A stretch of 63,600 nt of DNA from Octopus bimaculoides. Taxonomy: Eukaryota. Position 1 is the first letter of the stretch. Each line of letters opens with the position of its first letter. The DNA is taken from NCBI RefSeq assembly GCF_001194135.2, contig NC_068988.1:68038952-68102551 (forward strand), given 5' to 3'. Shown one piece after another: positions 37,887-51,465 of the stretch. A program made the position numbers and the translations under genes. The notes under the pieces are model-generated. The model did no database searches, was not told the DNA's origin, and was given only the letters and a program-made list of their open reading frames with translations.

Positions 37887-37888
<2 letters not shown>
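37300..37888. repeat. Diverged foldback, about 250-bp arms, 95-bp spacer
   Basis: 37300-37544 aligns colinearly with the reverse complement of 37640-37888 (TAGAATAATAAGGTA, GCTTTCTTCCGTT, TTTTGAGAACGAG.GTGAGGTAAAGA.GCGTG.CTTTTGTATTGGTA.GGTCAG). Confidence 0.88.
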
Positions 37889-37927
<39 letters not shown>

Positions 37928-38959
37928 GCACAAATACTTATGCAGACTTTAGGTTAGTTAAAATATGTTTAAAGGTAAATTCACTTCAGTTAGCGTGGGG
38001 GAAAAGTTCTCACTTATGGAGAAGGTAGTACAAACACAATATCTAACAATTGCTGTCGCCTGTCGTATTCACAGACGCAAAGTTTTGGGGCCTGTTCCAC
38101 CTTTAAATCTGATACAGGGCAACACTGGGAAGATATGATGTTTTTTATACCATTTTTTGCATAAGAGAAATTTTATTCTGACGGTAACTGCAGTGAGTTT
38201 GCTTTAGAAGTTGAAATATGCCATAAGCATATTTAAACTAACCTAAAGTTCGCTTATCCCTAAACACTGCTTAGCTCTGATACTGCTCAATATATATATA
38301 ATTTCATGAACGGGTATTGATTTTTCCGTAAACTAATTACTAAATCTTATAAGTTACACCTTAGTAATAATTTTTCTGTTGACGTCAACCACATTATAGA
38401 TCGACAAATTGGTGGTATTGATTAAAACTCGCTTCTTTACTTTACTGCTATTTCCGACATAAGTAACATAGCAAAGTATCTTTAGAATAATACTTTATAT
38501 CGTATTATTTACAGTGAACTGATCACACGATGCATTTGCTAGCAGAATTTGCCGGCAGATAATGCTATTTTCTTCTTGTATGTGTGCCGGATGCACTGGA
38601 CAGATTTTTTTCCTCTCATATATAAATGATTAGTTATGTTAAAATAGTATTGTATTTTGAATGGATTCAGAAGTTTTCTGATACAATATCAAAGCAGAGG
38701 CAAACTCCGTGCCTGACTTAACTCGCAACACATGGGGTGGTGCAATGATAAATTCTTGAATACGTCTGTAACACCTGATACAAATTTACACATACATACA
38801 TGCATAAATGCATAGCAACAAACCCACATGTATATATGCATATGCACCTCCAATACATATATATTTCTCTCCGTATAGATATATATACATATGTATATAT
38901 TATATTTTTATATGTATATATATATATATATACATATGTATATATTATATTTCTATATG

Positions 38960-39107
<148 letters not shown>

Positions 39108-39287
39108 CACTATTCTATTAACACTCTATTAATATTCTGTTAATCTTAAATGTTTGCTCTCTCCGGTCTCTATTTTTCACCCTTCGGTAATAATTCATCG
39201 GAAGAAAACAAGGAGAAAAACTTTCCCTTTTCTTCTTTCTCCCTTTCCTCTCTCTTTCCCCTTGCTCCCTCTCATTTCCGTTATAAG

Positions 39288-39491
39288 GCAGCCTCCAGCG
39301 AACAGAACACCTATACGAGACTCTGGATAAGTTCCAGCTGCTTTTCCGTTGAAAATGATAGTGAAGCATCATGTGAAGGTGAAACTGATAGGATGGAGGT
39401 GTAAAATAGTCTCAAAAGATAAAGGAAAAGATAACACAGCCAGAAATTCATAATTTGCACCCGCAGAGCACACACTAAGACCTGCCTTGAC
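39288..39491. other. Unique-sequence island with exon-like signals on both strands
   Basis: On +, a long pyrimidine tract and AG at 39286-39287 open xSLQRTEHLYETLDKFQLLFR*. On -, acceptor TTGTTTTCGCTACAG is followed by the ATG at 39451 and a signal-peptide-like 46-aa ORF. Neither is recognised. Confidence 0.2.
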
Positions 39492-39927
39492 CTGTAGCGA
39501 AAACAAGTAAATGTGACTAAATAGAAGGCGGTAACGCAAGGCAAATACGCAGTAAAAATAGAAAGAAAGCAAATAGTAATAACATGCAAGCTATTTTTAA
39601 GGACCATGTAAGAGATTGTTTTCTCTTTCTGCCTCCCCCATTCATCCTTTCACAACCATAATAAAAAAAAAATCAATCATCTTTACTTTTAATTTCAACT
39701 CTTAAATAACTTTAGATGGATTAGCTTTAAAAGCTTCAGTTAAGTGTGCTGGTGATCCTCAACGAAAGTGAAATGGAACCATAGACGACTAATCTGTTAA
39801 TAACAAATAAATCTTATGAGAAAGCAGGTATGCTCTTTGCTCGCTCCAGGTTTCACCCCCTGATAAGATTTTCTCGACAGAAAAAAAAAAAAGAACTTAG
39901 AAATAATTCTCTCCCCTTAAGCACATA

Positions 39928-40405
39928 CGTAGTCTGATCAATAACCATCCGGACTGTTCCTATAGTAATGAAGCTACAGAACGCAGAGTAAAGCCGCTTG
40001 GCATAAATTTACCTTGAATTCTGCTGTTTACAATAGTCCTTGGAATGAAGATGTGTAGCATGTGATCGTCGCATTGACTACGACAGAGTAAGTTGAGCAG
40101 AGAACCTGCATCAAATTTCGCCAAAAGCTTCGTGATACCTGCTCAGAGGTCTACGCAACTTTTTCAAAATGTTTTCATCGTTCTCGATACAATCAAAGAA
40201 ATCTTGTGCTAGTGAATCGCGAGTGTCTTTTTGGTCAGCTGAAAGCAGTATGGGCACAAACTTGACAGACACGCGTCTCATGCACACATCTTCAGTGATG
40301 ATGGAGTCAACTGAACCGCAATTAATCTGCACATCCTCTGATAACTCACGAATGTTAATTCGACGATTTCCTCTCAAAGCTGCACGCACATCTGCAATGT
40401 TTTTC
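39928..40405. mobile_element. Mariner remnant with an internal inversion
   Basis: On +: TA, TIR-like CGTAGTCTGATCAATAACCATCCGGACTG and N-terminal EQRTCIKFRQKLRDTCSEVYA. On - from about 40405 to 40160: ENIADVRAALRGNRRINIRELSED..MRRVSVKFVPILLSADQK. Confidence 0.85.
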
Positions 40406-40549
40406 TCTTATTTTCTTACATTTCCACACACAACTCACATACACGCACGCACGCGCGCGCGCACACACGCACACACACACACACACACACATACACATAC
40501 ACACACACACATAAAACATGAGCAGGTTTTTATTCTTTTCATATTTTGG

Positions 40550-40700
40550 CATAAGGCCAGGAATTTTAGGTGATGGGGAAGTCGCCTACATTGACCCCCA
40601 ATGATAGACTGAGACTTATTTTATCGACCTCAAAAGGATGAAAGACAAATTCAACCTCGGTGTTATTTCAGCTCAAAACACACAGACGGACGAAATGCCA
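40550..40700 (-). mobile_element. Family A SINE, partial
   Basis: GAGACTTATTTTATCGACCTCAAAAGGATGAAAGAC block. Confidence 0.7.
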
Positions 40701-41452
40701 ATATTGTAAATTACAATGTAAGAACTTTTAAAGTAAATGACAAAGTGAATACTGTTCATAGCATCATTTACACGACACAGAACTGAAATACGTTCCGGCA
40801 ATTTATACACGATTACACTATTAAGTATGTGATTACATTGGTTTGTCTGTGCAACTCATAACTCATAGCTGCTAATGTACTGTTTAAATCTCCAATCTAT
40901 GTGTAAATAGTTTTCTATCCATAACAAATTAGTTGACGTTTAACCTTCTAATATATCTGACCTTTGATCTCACATATAGCACGCATAAAATCAATTAAAC
41001 ATTATAAATTTTGATTTCATTGAAATTTACTCTAAGACAGTGTAAACTAGAAATAAAGTGTAGGAATGATTATATATATATATATCTCAGAATTATAAAC
41101 AGCTAGGATGAAGGGAACTATTTTTCCAGTAGGAATCAAAATAGGGTTCCCTAGTGGCTTCATCAAAATTTTGTCTCTTTTTTTATTGCTTCAAGACTTG
41201 GATGACTGATTCAATATTATAGAGCATAAATTCAATTATTTAGGAAGAAAATATTCAACTCCTCAATTATTCTAAAGTATTACAAGTAGAAGAACATTGT
41301 CAATACCTCACGAAAGTTTGGAGACAAGTTTGAAATTACGTGCAAATGGAGATTCAGCGGTCAGATATTAAATACAGAAAGGTATGTGATTATTAATGAT
41401 TACTCACTCTTATTAGAATGACAAATGTCATGAAATCCCTTAACAATTTCAT

Positions 41453-41959
41453 CAGAAAAAGTGCAGAAATTATAGAACAGGAGAAGGCGCTGCATGGTAG
41501 ATTCCTAATTCCTAAAGATAGTCTCAGCAAATAGTAGAGTGAGACATACATATATACATATATACATACATATATGCATACATACATACATATATACATA
41601 CATATATGCATACATACATACATATATACATACATATANNNNNNNNNNNNNNNNNNNNNNNNNNNNNNNNNNNNNNNNNNNNNNNNNNNNNNNNNNNNNN
41701 NNNNNNNNNNNNNNNNNNNNNNNNNNNNNNNNNNNNNNNNNNNNNNNNNNNNNNNNNNNNNNNNNNNNNNNNNNNNNNNNNNNNNNNNNNNNNNNNNNNN
41801 NNNNNNNNNNNNNNNNNNNNNNNNNTGTATGTATATATGTATGTATATATGTATGTATATATGTATGTCCCGCTACTACTATTTGCTGAAACTACTTTTA
41901 GGATCTCTACCATGCAACGCCTTCTCCTGTCAGTTATATAATTTCTGCACTTTTTTCTG
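41453..41959. repeat. Foldback: about 97-bp inverted arms enclosing a strand-switching CATA/TATG microsatellite and a gap
   Basis: 41453-41550 matches the reverse complement of 41862-41959 (CAGAAAAAGTGCAGAAATTATA..ACAGGAGAAGGCG.TGCATGGTAGA..TCAGCAAATAGTAG..GACATACAT). Confidence 0.88.
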
Positions 41960-43848
41960 GTTCTTAAGTTCGTTTAGGGTTTTGGTTTCCCTTTGTCTTG
42001 ATCTGTCTCTAGCAGGTTTTAATAACCCTTCTTCACATTAAATTCGTCAACGCCGACCGGCAAATCCCATAACCAATCTGCACATCATTCTATCCGTTAT
42101 CATTCCGTATTGGTTAGGGAGTATGAAATGATATGATGTTATTTAATTTCCTCAGTTAATATAGGAAAACTTAAGGAACACTTGGTTGCTATTTCTATCA
42201 GGCCGAGGGTCTGTGTGGAGACTCTTTCCTAGATTCTTAATTTTTGACGTATGTGTATAAGATGATTACCTTGACAAGTAATGTTCAATGACATTTTCAG
42301 GCTCTTTGGTTATATTCTTAATACAAAAGCTGATCAGTAACAGTTCTTGCAGTTCTCTTTAAGATATGATCACTAGAGATAACTGCTGTTTAAGATGAAT
42401 TAGTTATTATCAAGTATTTTGTTTTTCACCTGCTTGTTTAGATAAATATTTACTAAAGAAATACGACTTAACACTGTTTGTATGGTAATGCTCACAATCT
42501 TAGTTTTTTTTAAAGAAAAAGTACAACAAAAACAACATAGTGTCAAAGTTTCATTTGATTTGAGAGTTTGAATATTTAGATGACAACCATATCAATTATA
42601 TGAAAAAGAATGCTTGTATCTTTGAGAACTGAACTCATCCATTCAGTATTCTAGACAGTGATTTTTCTTACAAATTTATTTAAGAGAAGCATTCAGTACA
42701 GGATAGTTGACAACAATCACCTGCAATTAATGTTTGGCTTTGATCTAATTTAACTTTACCGTCACTGGTCATGCTTCCCCTCCACGTAAGAAGAGTATAT
42801 CAATAGAGTAGGCAGTGAAAAGGCTACAGCATACCCAGACCAGCACGTTATATTGCATACAATTCATCATTAAATGTCACAGTGGGCAGTATGGTTCTCA
42901 ACTGGACAAAGGTATCTTATAAATGGAATGAAAGATATGTCAGTCACACCAAACCATACGGTTGACACCTTACGTGCTGCAACCGACTTCATCAACATTC
43001 ACCTCGACCAACAAAGCAACAGTAACAACAGCAACAACGATAACAAAACCAGTCCAACATTTCATTTGTTCAGAGTCTCTAATTTGTAAGTGAATTAATG
43101 AAAGTTGACTGATTTTTCACATTCTTCAACTCAATATTGATTAGAACATCAAATAGAAACGTAATACATGGTATGATGAGAATAACTAAAGGTCAATTAT
43201 ATTTTTCTGCAACCTACAGCTTATATTCTTTTGAAATTTAGCAAACGTATTCTGCAACATTCTCATAAAACGGAAATATCATTTCAGTAAGAAGTATATG
43301 AGAGAAACTAGGACAAAGAGTAACATTGCGAATCGCTGAAGGTAAATAGAAACTAATTCATTTTTTTTTTTTTCATTTTTGATTACTCTGTTGGGGAGAA
43401 ATCGAAGTTTCTATGTTGGCTATATATTAGTGACAGCTGAATGGAGACAGCAAAGCAGTTCTTAACTAATTAATTCCCCACTCTCACCTCGTTCATTTTC
43501 TTTGTCGTTCTCGATGCCTAATCCGTTGAATACACATATGTACGTTGAATCTAGTATCCAGGATAGCTACGTTAACTTAATATTTCTGGTTGAATGTTAT
43601 ATCTAACTATTGGCAGTCATTACGAAATCATTGGATGAAAGTTTCTTGGTGGAAGTAATGAACGTTTCGGTTTTTACTATACAAAAGTGTCTTTTGCAGA
43701 AATGTATCGTTCTTCTTTGGACCAAAGTATATTAATAAGCCATGAAGTTCCTACAACTATGATTGTTATTGTATAAAAGTGTATCACTGTAATCTATATT
43801 TGATCTCTGCAAATCAATATTACGAATTTATAATAATATAAAATCTAA

Positions 43849-45097
43849 ATAGGCTATTTCACATGAAATATCGCACTTTTAATTACTTGTTTCAGTCATT
43901 TAAAAACTCAATAATGTATACTTTACAGTTAATTTTGACTCTTTTCTTTTCCAACAATATTGGTATACAAAATTCGTAGCCACAGATCTTATGAAAATGA
44001 TAACAAACAAATTATGTTGAGTGATTTTCTCGTATGAGTAGAAACTGGATCACTCTGACGTAGAAGCTTATGGAAAATCAAGCGGGCCTTTGATAATGGT
44101 TTTGTTGACATCATTACTGTTCAGAGATGGTTCCAAAGCTCTCGTTCAGAAAATGATAGCCTTGAAAATAAACCAAGGAGTAGGCCAAAATCAGTTATTC
44201 GGCATGATGGATTAAATGCTTTAGTTGAACAAAATCCGAGAGCAAAGGTTAGAAAACTTTCATCAAAACTCCAGACATCACGCACTACTCTTTTTGGGCA
44301 CCTGTAAAAAATCATAAAAGTCAAGAAATCAGATAGGCTTGTTCCGCATCAACTGAACGAGATTTAAAAATAAACAAATGCCTCGAAGTGTGCTCCTTAT
44401 TGCTTTCTCGACTGGAAAAAGACCATTTTTGCACCACATCGATACTTGTGATAAAGAACGGATACTCTTTGACAACAACAAGAGAACAGGACAGTGATTA
44501 GATGCAGGAGAGTCGCCTAAACACTACCCAAAACCATCATTGCACTCCAAAAAGTTAGTGGCCACTATATGGTGGTCTGCGAATAGAGTTATTCATTATT
44601 CATTTTTGCAACAAGGAAAAAGGGTAACAGCAACATCTTATTGCCAGGAAATTGATTGTATGCATGAGGAATTGAAAAAGAAGCAGCCCAGACTAATGTA
44701 TAGAGATGGCCCAATTTTGTTCCACGATAATGCACGTCTTCACACTCTTCAAGCTACTGTCCAAAAGTTGCAAAGCCTGAATTATGAGATTTTGCAACTA
44801 CTTCCCTATTCCCCGGATATTTCTCCTACTGATCATCACTTATTTAAGCATTTTGAGCTTCTCATAAGCAATAAAATATTCTTAAATAGAGCAGAGGTAT
44901 TTGAAGCATTCGGAGAGTTTATCACAGCAAAAGATGATTTAAAAAAAAAAAGATGGAATATAAAACATAGAGAAACGTGAGGAAAGCGTCATGAATTAAC
45001 ATGGATCATACTTTGATTTAATAAATCAGTTCTCTAACAGTTCTGAAACATTTTATTGTTACCTTTCAAATACGACATTTAATGTAAAACAACCTAA
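43849..45097 (+). mobile_element. Mariner transposon (DD34D), near full length, inactive
   Basis: Diverged 30-bp TIRs (22 of 30 match) and a 3' TA. Motifs VIF.YE.KL.HS, .VPHQLNE, TCDKE.IL.DN, LHSKK..TIWW, ILFHDNARLH and YSPDISPTDHHLF; ORF 44540-44980 is the catalytic half. Confidence 0.92.
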
Positions 45098-46149
45098 TAT
45101 CATATGATTTCCTTAGTACTTAAATTAACCTATTTATAATAATACTGTCATGATTTAAACATTGATTTATGAATATTGTTTCGTAATATTCTGAAGCAAT
45201 TGATTATTAAAATCTATGGATTGACAGATTTATTGGAAGGAAAACAAACACAAGATTAGAGAAAAAGAAAATAATAACTACCTCTAGATCCAGGGACTAT
45301 TTTTAATATGAATTTTCTTTTTATAAAATAAATCATTTATGAATTTATATCAGAAGTTACAAGAGTAAGATATTTAACTATAAATGTATTTTATATTCAG
45401 TACATTTTCTAATATCTAGATTTTATCACAACAATATTTACAGATTTTCGGTGTATCCTGATATCTTTTACTTTTAACTTGCATGGTTCAGATAACAATT
45501 ACCCTTAAATAATTTTCTAATTTAATCAGGAAAACTATGACATTTTACATGTCACCACACGTACGTCAGCATCAAGTATGGTTGTTGTTTTTCAAGTAAT
45601 ATGGCATTATAGCATCTGTTTAAGCGCCAGAGATAACAAAATTACCTTAGATACTTAAGAAAATAAACTATAGATTGTAATACATATGGAGCTGATCATT
45701 ACTTTTGAAAGTAGGACATCCGCAACGGTTCAGTATATGCAAATGTACTATCTGGAGCTATGTAGGATTGATATAATATCAGAAACTGCACAATATCTTC
45801 AGCTGTAAAGCACGTGGAGCTCTACAATATCAAGAGCATACAGTATGCTTGGGGCTCTAGATTATTTCCAACTGAAGAATGCCATCTGAATGTACAATAA
45901 CACTTGCTAGAATATTCAAAACACTAAGGTATTGCAACACATTATTTAGAGCAGCATATACTATCTGGAATTGTATAATATCTGGAGTTGTATAACTGCA
46001 AATATGACAAGCAACATCAAATACAACAGTTGTGCCGGTACAGTACTTTGAGCTATAATCAGCGATAGCACGATAGACGAGTCAAAGATAAGAAGCGGAG
46101 TACCACATTAACATAATAGTGGCGACAATAATATTACAGTGCCGACAAT

Positions 46150-46560
46150 AACATACACGTGGACGAGAATCCACATCATAGCAGAAAGAATGTCAGATTT
46201 TCCCGTGATATGGTCAACCCGGGTGCGCTTTTGATCACATGTCAGATGACGTGTCACCCACCGAGCAAACAGCTTCGTCATGCTAAATTCATTGTGCAGA
46301 AGATTCTCAAATCTGTCAGGGGATATGCTAATAGCACTAGCTATTTGAGTAGAATGCGCTCAATGTCTTCTACGGTGGTAACAGTCTCAGAGCTTGAGTC
46401 CTGTTCAAGATTCTCCCTTCCCCTCATAAATTCAGCTGTCATCTTTTGCGCTCTTGAGTGTCATCCCCTAATGTAGCAACGGTGTCAGCATGAAAGTCCT
46501 GAAGAGCTAACCGTTTCCTTCAGGTGCTTCATGACACTACAATATCAAATGTTGTCCATT
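46150..46560 (-). mobile_element. Mariner transposase N-terminal remnant
   Basis: The minus strand reads MDNI*YCSVMKHL.., AEFMRGRENLE, ILHNEFSMTKLFARWVTRHLTCDQKRTRV (WVP-type motif). Confidence 0.75.
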
Positions 46561-49500
46561 TCTAAGAGAAGTCACTACTAGTTACTTTCGAAGTCTTCTT
46601 TGAACAATCTGGCGTCAATTTAGGTGGTTAGAAAAAATACGGTTTTGAGTGAGAAGAGTTGAAATTAATACTCTAGCATCACTCATTCATAATAAACATT
46701 TGAACTTCTCCACCTATTTTCATAGCTGGAGTTACTCAATATTCGGGGCTGTAAAGCGTTATGTACTAGACAATATCAGAGTGGTTTATTTGGAGGACAC
46801 ATTATTAAAACATTCCACTATAAAAGTGAGAAATATGTTTTTATCTTACTTGTAAATATTAAAATGATTATTTTCTTAACGTCAAATGTTATTCAGAGGT
46901 AACATACCAGACTAACATTGTTCATTCATCATATCCACTTTTCGCTGTTGTTATCGCTTGTGCTACCGGTGTTGCTGTTGCTATTGTTAATCCCCGGACC
47001 AGCATTAACCGCGCCAAGTGTATGATCGAAGTTGATACAGTAAGCCACATCGTGTATTTTTGAATATCTAGTATTTCATTGTCCCACGTTACCCTTATGC
47101 TTTAAAAGTGTAATTTTTAAAGAAACGTTGGCTCATGTCTCATGTTGAGAAACCAAATTAAAGCTTGTAAACTTGTATCCTTCTATCTGCTTTAATGTAA
47201 TTGACAACCAATATGGTTATTTATCATCGTAAGAGCATCTATTTCGATGTGGAATTACAAATGGATTATTTAAATACAATGAACGTGCTTATTTATCTGT
47301 CATATATAAATGGAAGAAGTGATGCTTTGTACAGTCATCACGAAGGCATGGTTGAAATTCCTGAGAAGTAACGTATCTCAGTGTTAGATCCTTGTATCTG
47401 CCGAAATAATGGTAATTGTTAACAATGTAAAAGATCTTCAACTTAATTCCACAAAAACACGAGAGAGTAAGTTTTATTTACAATCAAAACACAAACAACC
47501 GCTTTCTTTCTAAATTATGTTTAATTTAATTTCATGTATACACATCATGTACACACGCATGCTCACTCACACATAAACAAACAAATATACATATGATATA
47601 CAAGTCTTCAAATTTAGAGCTGTAAAAGCTATCTGGATGTGATTCTCTTAAACATATTCGATTAACCATACAGGCATTCCTGAAGGAAACTAGTTCAGCT
47701 TTTAAACACTTGCTGGTCCCACACAGCAGAACAAAAATAACTGCCACAGCAAAAATATTACACACCAGAATTTACATTAATACGACAGAAAATAGAAAAC
47801 ATTCTGCCGCGCGACCTTACTAAGAATAGTAACAAGATAAAAGCTTAGAGACACAGACATAAAGAAAAATACGCACACATATACACATTGACATCATATA
47901 CACGAATATATAATCATGTGTATAAATATATATATATGTGTATGTGTGTGTGTGTATTTATATGCACACACACACGCGCGCATGCATTCATACATGCGCA
48001 TCACATAAACACATGTGCGTATATGTCTGAGTGCGTGTGCATGTGTGTAGGTGTACATGCACAATTAGAATGCATGCAACATCATAATAATTGGTTCATA
48101 TTTCCTATCAACTTATATGTGTGACACTTCCCATCGGAGATCAGCAAATATACCATTATTCCCTATAGCAAAATAGATTCCTAAATTGCGGCTTTATTTC
48201 TGATACGTATCTGTATATAAGTTGACCAAAAATATAACCTTTCAACAACAATTGCTGATTTTATATTATATTCTATGAGAATTTAGTATAAATCGATAAG
48301 ACGACCCGTTCTTTCACAGTGCCATGTGTTTCAAGACGCATTGTCAGATTAGTTCAGATTTTGTACAATGTACATTATTTTGCAAGCTTATTTTCACTGG
48401 AAACAAATAGGATTTTATTCGGTGCACCACAATGAGATATTGAACATAATCTGGTTTTAGAGTAATCGATACAGAATTATGCAAGATTAAGTTTATTTAA
48501 CAATACATGAATCTTGTATTTCCCAGTTTGATTGTAAATAAACTGTTGATGCTTTTGCATAACAATCTATTTAAATGCCAGCCAAGCAGACATCAAATAT
48601 AGTGTTGTGTTTTATATAAATGATCAAAGTATATGTATGAACACTACTTTATATGCATATCAATATATCAATATATATGTGTGGCTATATACTTATATTT
48701 GTATATGTGCATATGTATATGTATATATATGTATATGTATATTTACATGTATATATATATATATATATNNNNNNNNNNNNNNNNNNNNNNNNNNNNNNNN
48801 NNNNNNNNNNNNNNNNNNNNNNNNNNNNNNNNNNNNNNNNNNNNNNNNNNNNNNNNNNNNNNNNNNNNNNNNNNNNNNNNNNNNNNNNNATATACGAATA
48901 TATATGTGTTTGTGTGTGTATCTAATATCTTATAAATTCTAAACTTTGTGTGGTCATACATGCGTGTGTGTGTGTGTGTGTGTGTATGTGTGTGCCTCTG
49001 TGTGTGTGTGCGTGTGTGTGTGTGTATATACGTATATATATATACATATGTATATACGAATATATATGTGTTTGTGTGTGTATCTAATATCTTATAAATT
49101 CTAAACTTTGTGTGGTCATACATGCGTGTGTGTGTGTGTGTGTGTGTATGTGTGTGTGTGGGGGTGTGTATGTGCGTGTGCGTGTGTTTGTGTGCACGTG
49201 TGTGTGTGCATGAGTATGTGTACATCTACGAAGTTATAAAATGGGAAAAGAATAGAGCTGGTGCCAGTAGAGCAATGCTTGTGAGATGGAACTATATTCT
49301 AGTAGGAAGAAGATTGCTGTCCCGAAACGCAGTCTTAGTGACCAACGTCTTTCTAAAGTTGGAATTCAACAAGAGATGAACCCATTTTGCTTCTTCAAAA
49401 CGAATTGAAATATTGTATTTCTGTTGATACAACAAAAGCACAAACAACGACAACTGTTTAGATTGGATCAACATTTATTATTTGATTAACAACCAGCAAT

Positions 49501-50199
49501 ATCTGCCCTATCACTCTGAACCAATTGCCCCTTCACCACTACCACTACTACAAATTTTGTAGTAGTGATAACAAGAGAAACAATCTTCTGATGAGTTTGC
49601 AAAACAACGATTGTATCCATGTCACCACAACTATAATAACAGCAGCAATGACTTCTAAGACACTAAGAACACTTTTAAAATGAAAAGAAAAAAAAATGTT
49701 AAAATAGTAAACAAAAAGGTGATTTGAGACAAAATGGAGTAGTTTCAATAAAGAAAGATTCAAAGTGGAAGAGGATGAATGAATAAACTATAAGATTGAC
49801 GCTGTATGCCGCGTATGACTTCATGTGTAAACGTCTTCGTTATCAAATATATTTCTTTGAGAATAAGAAGCACTGCAAGTTCATATCATGATCTGTGTGA
49901 ACACAAAAGTTCCTGAAGGTGACATATAAATAACAGCAGGAGGACACCAAAGAATCACTACATAGTAGACCCTGCTCCCGTAGTGTATTGGGAACTAACG
50001 GGCCGAAATACGTTTTTGAATGGAGTTCTTCCTTTGAAAATTTCCGCTGCTGTCCTCTGGCCCCATAGCGAATTACGGCACACTACTTTAATCACATATT
50101 TAAATTATTGTTGTTATTTATCTTACTGACTCCAGTTTTACACTGATTACACTGATTACACTGAGTGTGGAATTCCATTTATTTGGTTCAAGGATGGTG

Positions 50200-50870
50200 T
50201 CATGCATAGAAAGGTAAGCATGCAACACTACGTCCGGAGACAACAAAAAGTTGTCATATAAAGCTGATGACCACGATCTCTATGAATGATGCAAGAAGAG
50301 GTGGCCGTCCAACCACATCCTGATCACCGGAGGACGTGGAAACATTGCAGATGTTTAATCACAGCCCGCAAAATTCAACACGTTAAGCAGCTCGTGAAAG
50401 TGAACTAACAAGACACACAATACATACGGTGAAGCATAAAGAAACCTCGTTATCTACAAGCCCCATTACACGCAGGAGCTAAAACCTGAAGACTGTGGCC
50501 ACAGGAATTCAGAAGCCCAGAACGCGAAGAAGGCCAGATCTCACGCCAAGTGATTTTTACTTGTATGGTTACACAAAAACAGAGGTGAACAAGACAAAAC
50601 CTCGAACATTGGAGGACTTGGAGGCACGGATTCAGTAGACGCTCAATGATATCCCAGACAACGTCTTTCAGAAAGTTTTTCAATCCATCCCTGGCCATTT
50701 GAGGAAACTGGTTGACACCAACACTGCTTACGTTGAAATATGAAGATTTACTTTCATTTTCGCATTTTCCTATATAATAAAAGACGTCTTCATTAGTTTC
50801 GATAAATTTGTAAAAGGATTATGGATTTTATAACCAATTTTTAATGCCTACTTACATTTCACCCACTCTG
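50200..50870 (+). mobile_element. Tc1/mariner (DD37D/Tc3-like) remnant, internally deleted
   Basis: DARRGGRPTT.., then RPDLTPSDFYLYGYTKTEVNKTKPRTLEDLEARIQ..AYVEI*, and a right TIR-like CCTACTTACATTTCACCCACTCTG. Confidence 0.75.
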
Positions 50871-50879
50871 AGTGTGTGT

Positions 50880-50890
50880 CTACGTGTGTG

Positions 50891-50978
<88 letters not shown>

Positions 50979-50985
50979 TGTGTCT
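50880..50985. repeat. (TG)n microsatellite
   Basis: Directly visible. Confidence 0.97.
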
Positions 50986-51352
50986 ATTACATATGTGCTT
51001 ATACATACTTATATCTATATATGGAGAGAGACCAAGTTACGCCCATAAAAATGACAAAGAACTGAGATTATCTGCAAAAAATTATGTTACAATTTATGAA
51101 TTAATGATTTATCATCGTTGCGGAATATCTAAAAAGAAAACATTGTATAGTTGTTTGGTCGATGTGATCGATATCCACTAGATTACCGATTGCTATTTTA
51201 CCGATCTCACATAGTCTAAGATATTACAATGACACCTATAGATTATATTTCGTACGTTAGATTTACACGAGATTCTCATTTTGTCATATACATACATACA
51301 TGCATACATTGGCAAGAAATCTTGATACAAAACTGAACAATGGCATACCCAC

Positions 51353-51465
<113 letters not shown>

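Noticed and set aside
42303-42325. TCTTTGGTTAT, the miR-9 5' end
   Set aside because: Only 11 nt match in AT-rich DNA, with no hairpin partner seen.
47532-47765. Signal-peptide-like ORF (xCNIFAVAVIFVLLCG..)
   Set aside because: It starts at GTG two codons after a stop, has no ATG or clear splice sites, and runs into a TG repeat.
48890-49155. About 160-bp direct duplication
   Set aside because: It abuts a gap and is bounded by TG/TA microsatellites, so slippage or an assembly artefact is more likely than function.
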